A stretch of DNA of 63,588 nt, filler included, from Octopus bimaculoides (taxonomy: Eukaryota), in the NCBI RefSeq assembly GCF_001194135.2. It is 5 parts of 5 records of this genome, joined end to end, with 100 filler letters (N's around TTAATTAATTAA, not from the genome) between each part and the next. Parts side by side here need not be neighbours in the genome. Positions count along the whole stretch, not along the records: positions 45,066 to 60,305 come from NC_069006.1; positions 60,406 to 63,588 come from NC_068982.1; 3 more parts are not named here. One strand, 5' to 3'. Positions 50,090 to 61,179 of the stretch are shown one piece after another. A program made the position numbers and the translations under genes. Positions within the stretch are counted from its first letter, which is position 1. Each line of letters begins with the position of its first letter. The notes beneath the pieces are model-generated. The model saw only the letters and a list, made by a program, of their open reading frames with translations, did not search any database and was not told the DNA's origin.

Positions 50090-50705
50090 CAGTGGTTCTC
50101 AACCATTTTTTTATCTCCTCCCCCCCCCCCATAGCCATTTAGTGTTTAAAAAATCCTAGTATATTTTTATAATTAAATATTATTAGGAATTGTATAAAAA
50201 AGAATTGTTAAAATATTCTGTGTATTGTAGAAGTTGTTGTTGGCACTCCGTCGCTTACGACGTCGAGGGTTCCAGTTGATCCGATCAACAGAACAGCCTG
50301 CTCGTGAAATTAACGTGCAAGTGGCTGAGCACTCCACAGACACGTGTACCCTTAGCGTAGTTCTCGGGGATATTCAGCATGACACAGTGTGACAAGGCTG
50401 ACTCTTTGAATTACAGGCACAACAGAAACAGGAAGTAAGAGTGAGAGAAAGTTGGGGTGGAAGAATACAGCAGGGTTCGCCGCCATCCCCTGCTGGAGCC
50501 TCAGGTGTTTTCGCTCAGTAAACACTCACAACACCCAGTCTGGGAATCGAAACCGCAATCCTATGACTGCGAGTCCGCTGCCCTAACCACTGGGCCATTG
50601 CGCATCCATTTAATGTGCCAACAAATTGTAGAAGTATAATGAATTTATTGCGCATAATTTTTAACAACAAAATCTTATATAGACCCCAGTTGAGAACCTC
50701 TACTG
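50090..50705. mobile_element. hAT-type MITE interrupted by a SINE-C
   Basis: Starts CAGTGGTTCTCAACC; the flanks of the SINE align with the 57626-57922 copy; ends GTTGAGAACC. Confidence 0.8.
50235..50608 (-). mobile_element. SINE-C full-length copy
   Basis: High identity to 15275-15650; 11-bp TSD ATTGTAGAAGT at 50224-50234 and 50625-50635. Confidence 0.92.
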
Positions 50706-52530
50706 AAAATAATATTGGAACTCCTAGGTGCCAGTAAAAATGATTGGATGGTAATGGCTGAACAACTCATGGGTCTGATCAATTAGACAACATATGGTAA
50801 TTGATCAAGAATCTACAAACACACACACACACCACTGCAAATGTTGTTCTACCAATCACTGACTGAACTTAACACTGTTGTGTTATTTGTCAAGACAAAC
50901 AGGTCAATGCTACTATCACTGAGTAATTAGTTAACCCTTTCGATACCAACCTGCCTTAAACTGCCTTTGGTGCAACGTTGCAAATTTCCTGTTTTAAATT
51001 TATCTGATTTAAATTTTCCATCGAAATTTCACAGCAATTTATGTTCTAAATTTGTTGAAACAAAGGCTGTGCATTTCACCAGAAATACGATAACAAAAGT
51101 GTTAGTAAGAGACAGACCAAACTACAATTGTCTTAATTCCATTGGCTTGCAGTTGGTCAATAGAAAGTATCGGAGCTGTCCATTATCGAGACATGGTCCA
51201 GTTGTCAGTGTTTCCTCACTCTCACCAGCCATCCCTCACTCTCCAATTCAAAACTGCCAGCTGGCACACAATCAAAGATCTGTTAATTAGTTTTCCTGAA
51301 GTGCTACATCGTTACATGGCTGCTATATAAACACTTTGCAGTTGCACAAGTCTGCTGCGTGTAACTGTTAACGTGTAAATCGGCTCAGATCATTTTACGT
51401 TCCACTAAATTTACATGACCATTCAATAAATTGCTGTTTATACAGAAATCCTAACAGGATCCATTCCTCCNNNNNNNNNNNNNNNNNNNNNNNNNNNNNN
51501 NNNNNNNNNNNNNNNNNNNNNNNNNNNNNNNNNNNNNNNNNNNNNNNNNNNNNNNNNNNNNNNNNNNNNNNNNNNNNNNNNNNNNNNNNNNNNNNNNNNN
51601 NNNNNNNNNNNNNNNNNNNNNNNNNNNNNNNNNNNNNNNNNNNNNNNNNNNNNNNNNNNNNNNNNNNNNNNNNNNNNNNNNNNNNNNNNNNNNNNNNNNN
51701 NNNNNNNNNNNNNNNNNNNNNNNNNNNNNNNNNNNNNNNNNNNNNNNNNNNNNNNNNNNNNNNNNNNNNNNNNNNNTGTGGGAGAAAAAAAGCCCTAAAA
51801 TGAAGTCAAATTGTTTTTGTAACCCTTATGATTGTACTTATATAGTTGATGCTTATTTCTGGTATCCATAACAATGAGCTGCCAAGCGAGAAACTCCTTC
51901 CTCTCTCTCACACACACACCCCCACACACACACACACACAAGCATTCTAGCTGGAATGAAGTGAAGAACTATGTAACAGTCATTCAGTTTGAACCCACAG
52001 TCAAATAGATTGCAATTGAGTTACAAAATGCCAAATCACATGAGTGTGATTAAAAAAACTGTTGATGAGATATTGAAGTATTTCATTAGTGTTTTTGTTA
52101 ATGATATATTTTTTTTTCCTTAATTTTTAATTATTCCTTCATTTTGTCAATTAAGGCCTGCCATTTCACCTGGGAATGAAATGGAATAAAACTGAAATTC
52201 ACAGGGGAGAGAAAAAAAGACTATCCTCCCTCCTTTATAAAAAAATTATGAGAAATCTGTTAAATATCTAATGACTCGTTAGTAACCTGTTTATCCTTTT
52301 CAGTATTAATAAACTATTGTAGCAAGATTAATTTATTTTAACTATTTTTATTTTATTTATTTCAATTCTTTGTCAGTGGGAAGTGGCTTTTGTTTTGGGG
52401 TTGTCTTTTTTTAATTAATTTTTTTTTTTGCCTTGATTTTTTTCTTGAAAGTTTCCTTTGGGTTTAAGTCATTCTTGCAAGATGGGGCAAAGTGTGGAAT
52501 AAGTTAACGCTTGTGTTTTTCTTTTTCTAG

Positions 52531-52614
52531 CTCGCCCTCCTCCAACATCGAAGCAGTGCGAGCATTTGGATTTTCCTGGCGGTCTCTGTCCGTCTGTTAT
52601 TAGTCCATACTTAC
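52531..52614 (+). CDS. Coding exon C (84 nt, symmetric phase 1-1)
   Basis: Acceptor GTTTTTCTTTTTCTAG|CT and donor TTAC|GTACGT. Encodes (T)RPPPTSKQCEHLDFPGGLCPSVISPYL; the phase matches exon B. Confidence 0.7.
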
Positions 52615-52878
52615 GTACGTTTCAAAACCTTTTCTGTCAACAACATGGCTTCGTTTGAAAAGAGCTTTTGTTGCCAGCAAGCAGCTTGTTCTTAGCTTAG
52701 GCTCATACCTTTCTTGCTAAAACCTTTTTACCATTCTCTGACCAAAAGCTTATTGCTACTTTACCTTTTTCACTAATTACTTTGCAATTAAACCTCTTCT
52801 GTTTCACCTTCGCATTTTTGACAGCTTCCCTTTGTTTAGTTTTTTTCCTCTTTATTTTATATATACATATATATATTA

Positions 52879-52929
<51 letters not shown>

Positions 52930-53449
52930 CCTATATATATATATATACATTTTCAAATTTTCTCCACTAATAGTCTTGATTTCTTGCATAATTTATTTGC
53001 GTGTTATTATTACTACTACTACTACTACTACTACTACTATTTATCGATTCTTATTTTTCCTTTATTCGTCTTGATACCTTCCCCTATCCCACCCCATCCA
53101 CTCCTACAGGCCCTGTTTCTTTTTTCTTTTTCTTTTCTAATGACCCACTTTCGGAAACTCTGAAGAACCCCACCGACTGCCCATCAACCACCCATTTTGT
53201 AAAGAAAATTTCTAAAAGTTAAAGCTAACATCCCTCCTCCCATCCCTCTCTCTCCCCTTCTGTCTCACATGCAATGTATCTTTCTTTCATCCTCTCTATT
53301 CAATATTATCTGCCTTCTATAAACGTTGAGGGCCAGATCAGCTTGTCAAGTTGGTTGACATCTCTCACTTGCATAGGTCTGGATCCCCTCCTACCCAGAC
53401 ACTCTTTCAAAGAAAAAGTTCAAGGAAGTAAATCAACATCAGCTAGTAT

Positions 53450-53670
53450 TGAATTATGAGGGGCAAGGCAAGATTTGTGTCTTTGATCATAAGGATTTCT
53501 TATATAGTCCCACATGTCTCGAGTTTAGAGAAAGACAATGCTCAATTTATATCACTCCCACCACACTAAGTCAACCGCAGTGGAATTTGAACCTAGAATG
53601 TAAAGACGGACAGAACGCTGCTAAGCATTTTGCCCAGCACAGTAATGATTCTCCCAGCTCACCACCCTTT
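53450..53670 (-). mobile_element. SINE-B copy, heavily CpG-decayed
   Basis: GTCAACCGCAGTGGAATTTGAAC versus GTCGACCTCGGCGGAATTTGAAC in intact copies; another decayed copy at 55435-55610. Confidence 0.75.
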
Positions 53671-55724
53671 TTAATAGAAATTGTATTAATACCAATTAAA
53701 TTGGCGAATATTTTATGATGCCTTAAAGTTCTCCAGAATCAGAAGCAAGGGGAAATATCTTGCTCACTGATGCAGTGTAGTTAGTGCTGGAAGATGACTC
53801 ACTTTCTTTCCTCTCTAATGACTACATTCTTTTGAATTTCATCTACTGACCCTTCCCCTGCCCCTTCTACACACACACACCACTGCCCTGATGTTTTGTT
53901 TCCTTGCTCTCTAACCATAATAATCTTTAACATTATATTCCGCTCGCAAGACTTTCTCTAACTGATTGATTCTTTTCTCACACCTCATAACCCCTTCCCT
54001 GTTCTTGGAGTGTTTTATTTACTAACCCTGTTCCCATAACTACACAACTTAAAAGCAGTTAAGACCAATCAGGTATATTATATATATATATATGTATGTA
54101 TGTATATGTGTATATATATGTATATATCAGATCCCTCTGTGATCATTTTCTCTTTCTCTACCCCACTTTTCGCCTATTAGACGTGAGTAGCCATGCAGAT
54201 CCCAGTGCGGGAACCTGCTGTGCCCTCTCTCTCATAGTAATCCCCTCGACCCTAGCATAAAGCTGAGCCCACCTTACCTCCCTAGAGCTCACAGTCCTGT
54301 GAACGGCATAGCAATCTCAATAATACAGGTTGTACAGAAAAACAAAGCACCCAGTCTATGCTTTGAAGTGGTTGGCATTAAGAAGGGCATCCAGCCATAG
54401 AAACTATGCCAAAGCAGACAGAGGGCAGTCCTTTGACACATCAGATCCTCTCAAAGCATCCACCTGATGCCAACATCGGACATGGACATTAGATGATGAG
54501 GAGGACGATATGAGACAGAGGCAACAGCATACTTTCACATTTACTCCCACTTCATGACACCTTAGGCAAGTCCCTTCTACTATAGCCTTGGATTAACCAA
54601 TGCCTTGTGACCAGAATATGGTAGAAAGAAAACTGCACAGAAGCTTTGTGTGTGTTTATGCTAACACCAGTTGTTACAACCAATACAGTGTCCTATGTTG
54701 TTTGTTATGCCCCATAACATTTCAACAAATATAAACCAGACTGAAATAAGTCCTAATGTTGATATAATCAGCCATGTAGTATTTAAACTGGCCACATCTG
54801 ACCCAAATATTCTTTGTGTTTTATCTTCAAACTGGTCACCTCTCACACTTATCCTACGTCATCCTAAAATTAAACAATCACATCATCAAAATCCCAAAAC
54901 TATGAGGTGATGCATGATTAATTCAAAACAATGTAAAGCATTACGTTCGACAGAGTAATCCGAATGTTAAAGGATTAAATCATTAAAAGCAGTGCTCCAG
55001 CATGGCTGCAGTTCAGTGACTGAAACATGTAAAAGAACATATTACAAAGTTTTTATGCCATGCTGTTATGACATAAAAGTGCCCATCAAGCATGAGGATC
55101 TTAACAATTCTTGAAGAAGAATTTGTTCTTGTGTTGGTCAGTAGAAATTAACTCAGCATTTTTTTTTTCTTATGATCTAAAGATTCTGTGCAAGACAGTT
55201 GTTACATGACTTTGATCATTTCTGCAATGTCTGTGCCTTATTTATTATCCTAACTGATCAGATGTTAATTTAGGCCTATTTCTACCAAGCATTGTGTAAA
55301 CCTGCCGAAAAGCTAAGGCGTAGAATCCATGTTTCCTGTTGTTTAGATTTTACATGCGAAGTCTTCAGGCTTCATTTGATAATGCAATAATATTTCACTG
55401 CTAAATTATAGATTTAGTGATTATACGTTTAAAATGGCTTCTAATTTAGATACAAGGCCAGCAATTTTTTAGCTGTGCAGGGTTAGTTTATAACCATCAA
55501 CTCTAACATTTTATTGAACCTGGGAGGATAAATGACAATGTTGATTCCAACAAGATTTGAACTCAGAACATCAAGGCATTTTTTCCTCTGCTCCAACAAC
55601 TCTGCCAGCTTGTTGTCATGAGTGTATGTTTATTAGTAATCAAGATATTCAACGTTTTGAGCTAGTTCCACTCAACTTCTCTGCAGTCTTTCTTTTGTAC
55701 ATGTTTGAAACAATTTTTATAGAC

Positions 55725-56070
55725 ACAGGTGTGGCTTTGTGGTAAGATGCTTGCTTCCCAACCACATGGTTCCAGGTTCAGTCTCACTGCATGGCACCTT
55801 GGGCAGGTGTCTTCAACTAAAGCGCTTTGCGAATGGATTTTGTTGATGGAAACTGAAAGAAACCCATCAGATATATATATATATATATATATATCTGTGT
55901 GTTGGTGTATTTACGTCCCCGTAACTTCGTGGTTCAGCAAAACAACAGATAGATTAAGTACTAGGCTTACAAAGAATAAGTTCTGGGGTTGATTTCTGTG
56001 ACTAAAAACCCTTTCAGGTGGTGCTTCAGCATGGCCACAGTCAAATGACTGAAGCAAGTTAAAGAATAAA
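55725..56070 (+). mobile_element. SINE-A near-full-length copy (CpG-decayed)
   Basis: Head GGTGTGGCTTTGTGGTAAGATGCTTGC through 3' end AAATGACTGAAGCAAG. Confidence 0.88.
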
Positions 56071-56344
56071 AAAAACATAGCTCTAAGTGATGGAAGGGCT
56101 GAATCCACAACCTCTTCTACGGGGCCTTTGATGTTTGAGGAGAGGGAAAAGAAAGGTAATTTTCAGACATAAGATCTTACTCTGAATTCCTGCAACAGAA
56201 TGGACATTGTTTAAGTTAGAGCAGTCACATGCTATAGTTTTCCCTCTACATGGTAGCTCAATCTGTTGAGAAATGGCAACCAAATAATCTCTGAAATCAA
56301 ATCCTAAATGAAGGGCATGTTGGATAAGGTATTCCAGCATACGT

Positions 56345-56844
56345 TGTCGTTGGCACTCCGTCGCTTACGACAACGAGGGTTCCAGTTAATCCGATCAACG
56401 GAACAGCCTGCTCGTGAAATTAACGTGCAAGTGGCTGAGCACTCCACAGACACGTGTACCTTTAACGTAGTTCTCGGGGGATATTCAGCGTGACACAGTG
56501 TGACAAGGCTGACCCTTTGAATTACAGGCACAACAGAAACAGGAAGNNNNNNNNNNCTCCACAGACACGTGTACCTTTAACGTAGTTCTCGGGGGATATT
56601 CAGCGTGACACAGTGTGACAAGGCTGACCCTTTGAATTACAGGCACAACAGAAACAGGAAGTAAGAGTGAGAGAAAGTTGTGGTGGAAGAGTACAGCAGT
56701 GTTTGCCACCATCCCCTGCTGGAGCCTCGTGGAGCTTTAGATGTTTTCACTAAATAAACACTCACAACACCTGGTCTGCGAATCGAAACTGCGATCCTAT
56801 AACCGTGAGTCCGCTGCTCTAACCACTGGGCCATTGCGCCTCCA
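56345..56844 (-). mobile_element. SINE-C full-length copy (inflated by an assembly overlap around the 10-N gap)
   Basis: 11-bp TSD CCAGCATACGT at 56334-56344 and 56847-56857. Confidence 0.92.
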
Positions 56845-57117
56845 CACCAGCATACGTACTCTAAGTCTAAATATCAAAGGACATGGTCTTACCAATCTAG
56901 CTCTGCTAGATCTAGGCTGACCTGTGGTTCAACTCTTTAGCATTCAGATTATCTCATTAAATGTAATGCTTATGTATTATGCACATTGTTTTCCGTTAAT
57001 CATGCATTATCTTGCTGCTTTGAGATTTTCAGGTAGAATATTTGGGCCAGATATGGCCCGTTTAAATGGTAAAAGATTAAACTACAGGATAAGAGTTAAG
57101 TAGTACATATACATTAT

Positions 57118-57500
57118 CTCTGGCTTGTTTCAGTCATTAGACTCTGGCCATGCTGGGGCACCGCATTGAAGAACTTTAGTCGAATGAATTGACTTCAGTA
57201 CTTAGTTTTTTTTTTTTTGGAAATCTTGGTACTTATTCTATCAGTATCATTTGTCAGACTGCTAAGTTACAGAAAGTAAACACACCAACACCAGTTATCA
57301 AGCGGTGGTGGGGACAAACACACACACACATCTATATATAGGACGAGTTTCTTTTGATTTCTGTTTACCAAATCCACTTATAAGTCTTTGGTCAGCCCAA
57401 GACAATAGTAGAAGACACTTGTCTAAGGTGCTATGCAGTGGGACTGAACCCAGAACCATGTGATCCAGAAGCAAACTTCTTACCATAACCACACCTGCAC
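57118..57500 (-). mobile_element. SINE-A near-full-length copy (CpG-decayed)
   Basis: Both halves are present in reverse orientation. Confidence 0.85.
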
Positions 57501-57625
57501 CTCAACATCTGCTTCGCATTTCATATTAGAGTCTAATTTCTGCAGAAGATGGGACAGCTACTTCAATAAACTCTACCACAGAAGACCAGTACTTGACTGC
57601 TTCTTATATTACCAACCCTCTAGCT

Positions 57626-57922
57626 CAGTGGTTCTCAACCATTTTTTGCCTATAGACCCCTTTGATTCCTATTTTACTCAGATGAACCCCTCTAGCCATT
57701 CGATGTTTAAAATATCATACTTTTATAATTAAATAATAATTTGAATTGTATAAAAAAATTGTTCCAATATTTTGTCTATTGTAGAAGGAAGGATAAGCAA
57801 TTTATTGCAGGTAAAGTTTAACAACAAAATCATTTATGGAACCCCAAGGGTCATATGAACTTTGGTTGAGAACCCTATCTGGAGAGATAAAGGGCTATAT
57901 GGATCTTGGTTGAGAACTACTG
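57626..57922. mobile_element. hAT-type MITE (297 bp)
   Basis: TIRs CAGTGGTTCTCAAC / GTTGAGAACTACTG; 8-bp TSD CTCTAGCT / ATCTAGCT (7 of 8 match). Confidence 0.88.
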
Positions 57923-58014
57923 ATCTAGCTAGAGAATATAAAAGGTTAAATTACCCTCTGTAAGATTCAGACTTCAAATGTAGAGGGACAGAACTAAGCT
58001 GTGAAATGTGTGTA

Positions 58015-58275
58015 TGAAGTTGTTTGGCCTAGTGGTTAAGGGGGTTGCCTTCATGATTATGGTTTCAATTCCCAAACTAGGCAGCGTGTTGTGTTTTTGA
58101 GCAAAAGCACTTCGTTTCACATTGCTCCAGCTGTAAATGAGTTCCAGCTATAGCTGGCAAGTTAACCCCACGACAGACCGGGTGTCTCATTTAGGGGCTA
58201 GAGTTGTAATCTCAGTTCCTTGTATACCATGGAAACAGGGTTAGACTATGACTTTATGAGTTCTACGGCCCATGA
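58015..58275 (+). mobile_element. Decayed tRNA-derived SINE
   Basis: TGGCCTAGTGGTTAAG ... GGTTTCAATTCCC ... GTGTTTTTGAGCAAAAGCACT; related to the 175-425 element. Confidence 0.65.
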
Positions 58276-58664
58276 CACACCTCGATGATGCTCCACCGAT
58301 TCCGCTAATTGACTGTCCCCCACCTTGCCCAATGCTCGACCAATTCTTCTGACCCACTCACTCCTTACTTTCCATTGCATCCTGGCAACCATCTCTAGGG
58401 ATTTGCCACTGGGATAGAGGATGGGGGTTGCAGTGATGGTGGTGTTCTGTTTTGTTGTTTCAATTTTTTTGCTTTTGAATTCTCATCGAGATTATTTTGT
58501 TTTTTCTTTTGCGTGACTCTACAACGATGTAGCAGTGTCTTGGTTTGGCTTTTTTCCATGTAGTAGCACTAAATAGTAGTTACCATCAACATCTTATTTC
58601 GTTTCATTTGATTTGGTTTCGCTTGGCGCTGCGCGATTCCCCGTAAAATTCCTCTCGCTCGCAG

Positions 58665-58684
58665 ATGATCATCCAGTCGGTTGA
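58665..58684 (+). CDS. Coding part of putative terminal exon D
   Basis: Acceptor TTCCTCTCGCTCGCAG|AT. A phase-1 join with exon C gives (H)DHPVG* (TGA at 58682-58684), followed by unique sequence that may be 3' UTR. Confidence 0.55.
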
Positions 58685-59116
58685 CCATGGTATTGCGACG
58701 ATTCCTAACTGGCTGGTTGACTACTTTCTACCCCATCCCTTTCTCTATGAACTCCCCCCCCCCTCCATCGACTATTTCCATTGCTGGGGAAACATCCATC
58801 TCTATAGGTTGCTGCTAATGGAGCAGCTGTCGCTGCGTGTCCACTGCAGCTTCCACTCTCTGCCATCCACCTTACACTTACAAATACTAAATCATCATCT
58901 TTATATACATTATGCTTCTTTATGATAAAACCTGTCTAGCCATCATCATCTTTACTATCATCACTATACCCCTTCCGTCTCTCTATCATACACCAATATT
59001 ATGTCAACCACATTTGTTCTTGTACCTATCAATACTACATAGTTACAATTCATATATATGTGTGTGTGTGTGTATGTATGTGTGTGTGTGTATGTATGTG
59101 TGTGTATGTATGTGTG

Positions 59117-59228
<112 letters not shown>

Positions 59229-59899
59229 GTGTGTGTGTGTGTATATATAACTATTATCATTTTGTCATTTAATGTCTATTTTCCATATTAGCATGGATTG
59301 AAGTGTTTGGCAGGGTCCAGCAAGCCGGGGGGACTGTGTTGAGATCCAGTCTCTACTTTGGCATGGTTCCTATGGCTGGATGCTCTTTCTATAATGCACA
59401 CTTCTTTACAAAGTGTACTGGATGCTTTTTGTGTCTTTTGGGAGACACCAGCAACTCACAACACAAAGATGTTCATATGTGGTACACGTGTATCATCATC
59501 ATCACCATCCTTTAATGCCTGTTTCCCATGATGGCATGGGTTGAATGATATGACCAGAGCTGCCAAGTTGGGAAGTTGCACCAGGTTCCTGTCTGATTTG
59601 GCTTGGTTTCCATGGCTGGACGCCCTTCCTAGCCACTTTACAGTGTGTGCTGGGGTATGTGTGTGCATAAATACATACACACACCTGTAATATATATTCG
59701 ATTATTCTGCTGCTATAGCTTCTTACAATAAGATATGTGTGACTTAATTGAATCTCAACTCAATATGTTATTTGTATTCCATCATTACTACTTCATAGTT
59801 TCCGTAATAATATAATCCATATTTTACACAAAGCCACTTCATTCTCTTTCGCTCCGTACATTCCATCATTGTGAGATTTCTCACAGTATATCTCAAACA

Positions 59900-60290
59900 G
59901 CAGCCATGGCTGTGTGGCACCTCAGGCAAGTGCCTTCTGTTACTCTGGGCTGACTGAAGCCTTGTGAGTGAATTCAGTAGACGGAAATTCGAAGAAGCTC
60001 ATCACATATATATATATATATGAATGTGTGTGAGTGGATGTTTATATCTCCTTGTGTTGACATTGTTTGATAGCTGTAAATGATTGTCACTGTCAGACAA
60101 GCAGTGTCACCCATTTCCATTAGTCTGTGAGAATATGCGTGGCCATGGTGGGAATATCTCTTTGCTGGGAAACAGATGATTGTTGGTGACAGGAAGGACA
60201 TCCAGCTGTATAAAATCTGCCTCAAATAAACTCCTTCCCACCTATGCAAGCATGGAAAAGTGGACATTAAAATGATGATAATTATATACA
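59900..60290 (+). mobile_element. SINE with SINE-A-type 5' part and RTE-like (GAT) 3' tail
   Basis: GGCACCTCAGGCAAGTG...GTAGACGGAAA continues into GGTGACAGGAAGGACATCCAGCTGTA...GCAAGCATGGAAAAGTGGACATTAAAATGATGAT. Confidence 0.7.
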
Positions 60291-60461
60291 CACACACACA
60301 TATATNNNNNNNNNNNNNNNNNNNNNNNNNNNNNNNNNNNNNNNNNNNNTTAATTAATTAANNNNNNNNNNNNNNNNNNNNNNNNNNNNNNNNNNNNNNN
60401 NNNNNTAAAATACCATCACGAGTGGCAAGCAAATTATCAGCCGTACAGGCAAATAAATAAA

Positions 60462-61168
60462 ATATATACACATAATATTAGATATGTACATATATACACA
60501 AGGGCACTACATGAACACCTACATCACTAAAAGATAGAAGTCAAAAGTACTTCTGTACCACCGAATAGTTACAAATCTACCTCAGATATGGTAGGAAAAA
60601 CTATCAGTGAACAATAATAACGTCTTCCTCTACTGGGTCAGAACAAGTAAATGCTGGTCAACTTGGTACCGGTTCGAAATTTAGCGCCAAATTACTACTA
60701 AAATTGCTAGTAATTACTACTAAAATTCTCCCCCACCATGCCTGTATACAAAAGCACTATAGGAACAAAAGAATAATACCATCCTTATATTTATTTATAA
60801 AGAATTTTAAACATTTTGTTTGTTCCTATAGTGCTTGGTTACTTCAAACGAACTTTTACAGGTATTTTGGGGGAGAATTTTAGTAGTAATTAGCTGGCAG
60901 ACTTTGGCTGATGAGAAACCAGGTACCTGCCTGTTTGGCGCTAAATTTTGAAACCGGTACCAAGTTGACCAGCATTTACTTGTTCCGACCCAGTAGAGGT
61001 AAAACGTTATTATTGTTCCCTGATATGTTTTCCTATCATGTGTGTAATAGATTTGTGACTATTCGGTGGTACAGAAGTATTTTTGACTGCTATTTTTTAA
61101 CGATGTAGGTGCTCATGTAGTGCCTTTGTGCATATATGTACATATTTAATATTGTATGTATATATATA
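60462..61168. repeat. ~700-bp palindrome (inverted Penelope-like pseudo-LTRs)
   Basis: Left arm 60462-60769 is the reverse complement of right arm 60819-61168 (e.g. AGTAAATGCTGGTCAACTTGGTACCGG / CCGGTACCAAGTTGACCAGCATTTACT), with a ~50-bp spacer. Confidence 0.92.
60893..60973 (+). ncRNA. Candidate type I hammerhead ribozyme
   Basis: Stem I: GCTGG-cagac-TTTGG / CCAAG-ttga-CCAGC. Core CTGATGA at 60908-60914. Stem II GAAA/TTTT (TTTC in the inverted copy) enclosing 27 nt. GAAA at 60950-60953; palindromic stem III CCGG; site GTA (cut after 60959). Confidence 0.72.
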
Positions 61169-61179
61169 TATAAGACCTA

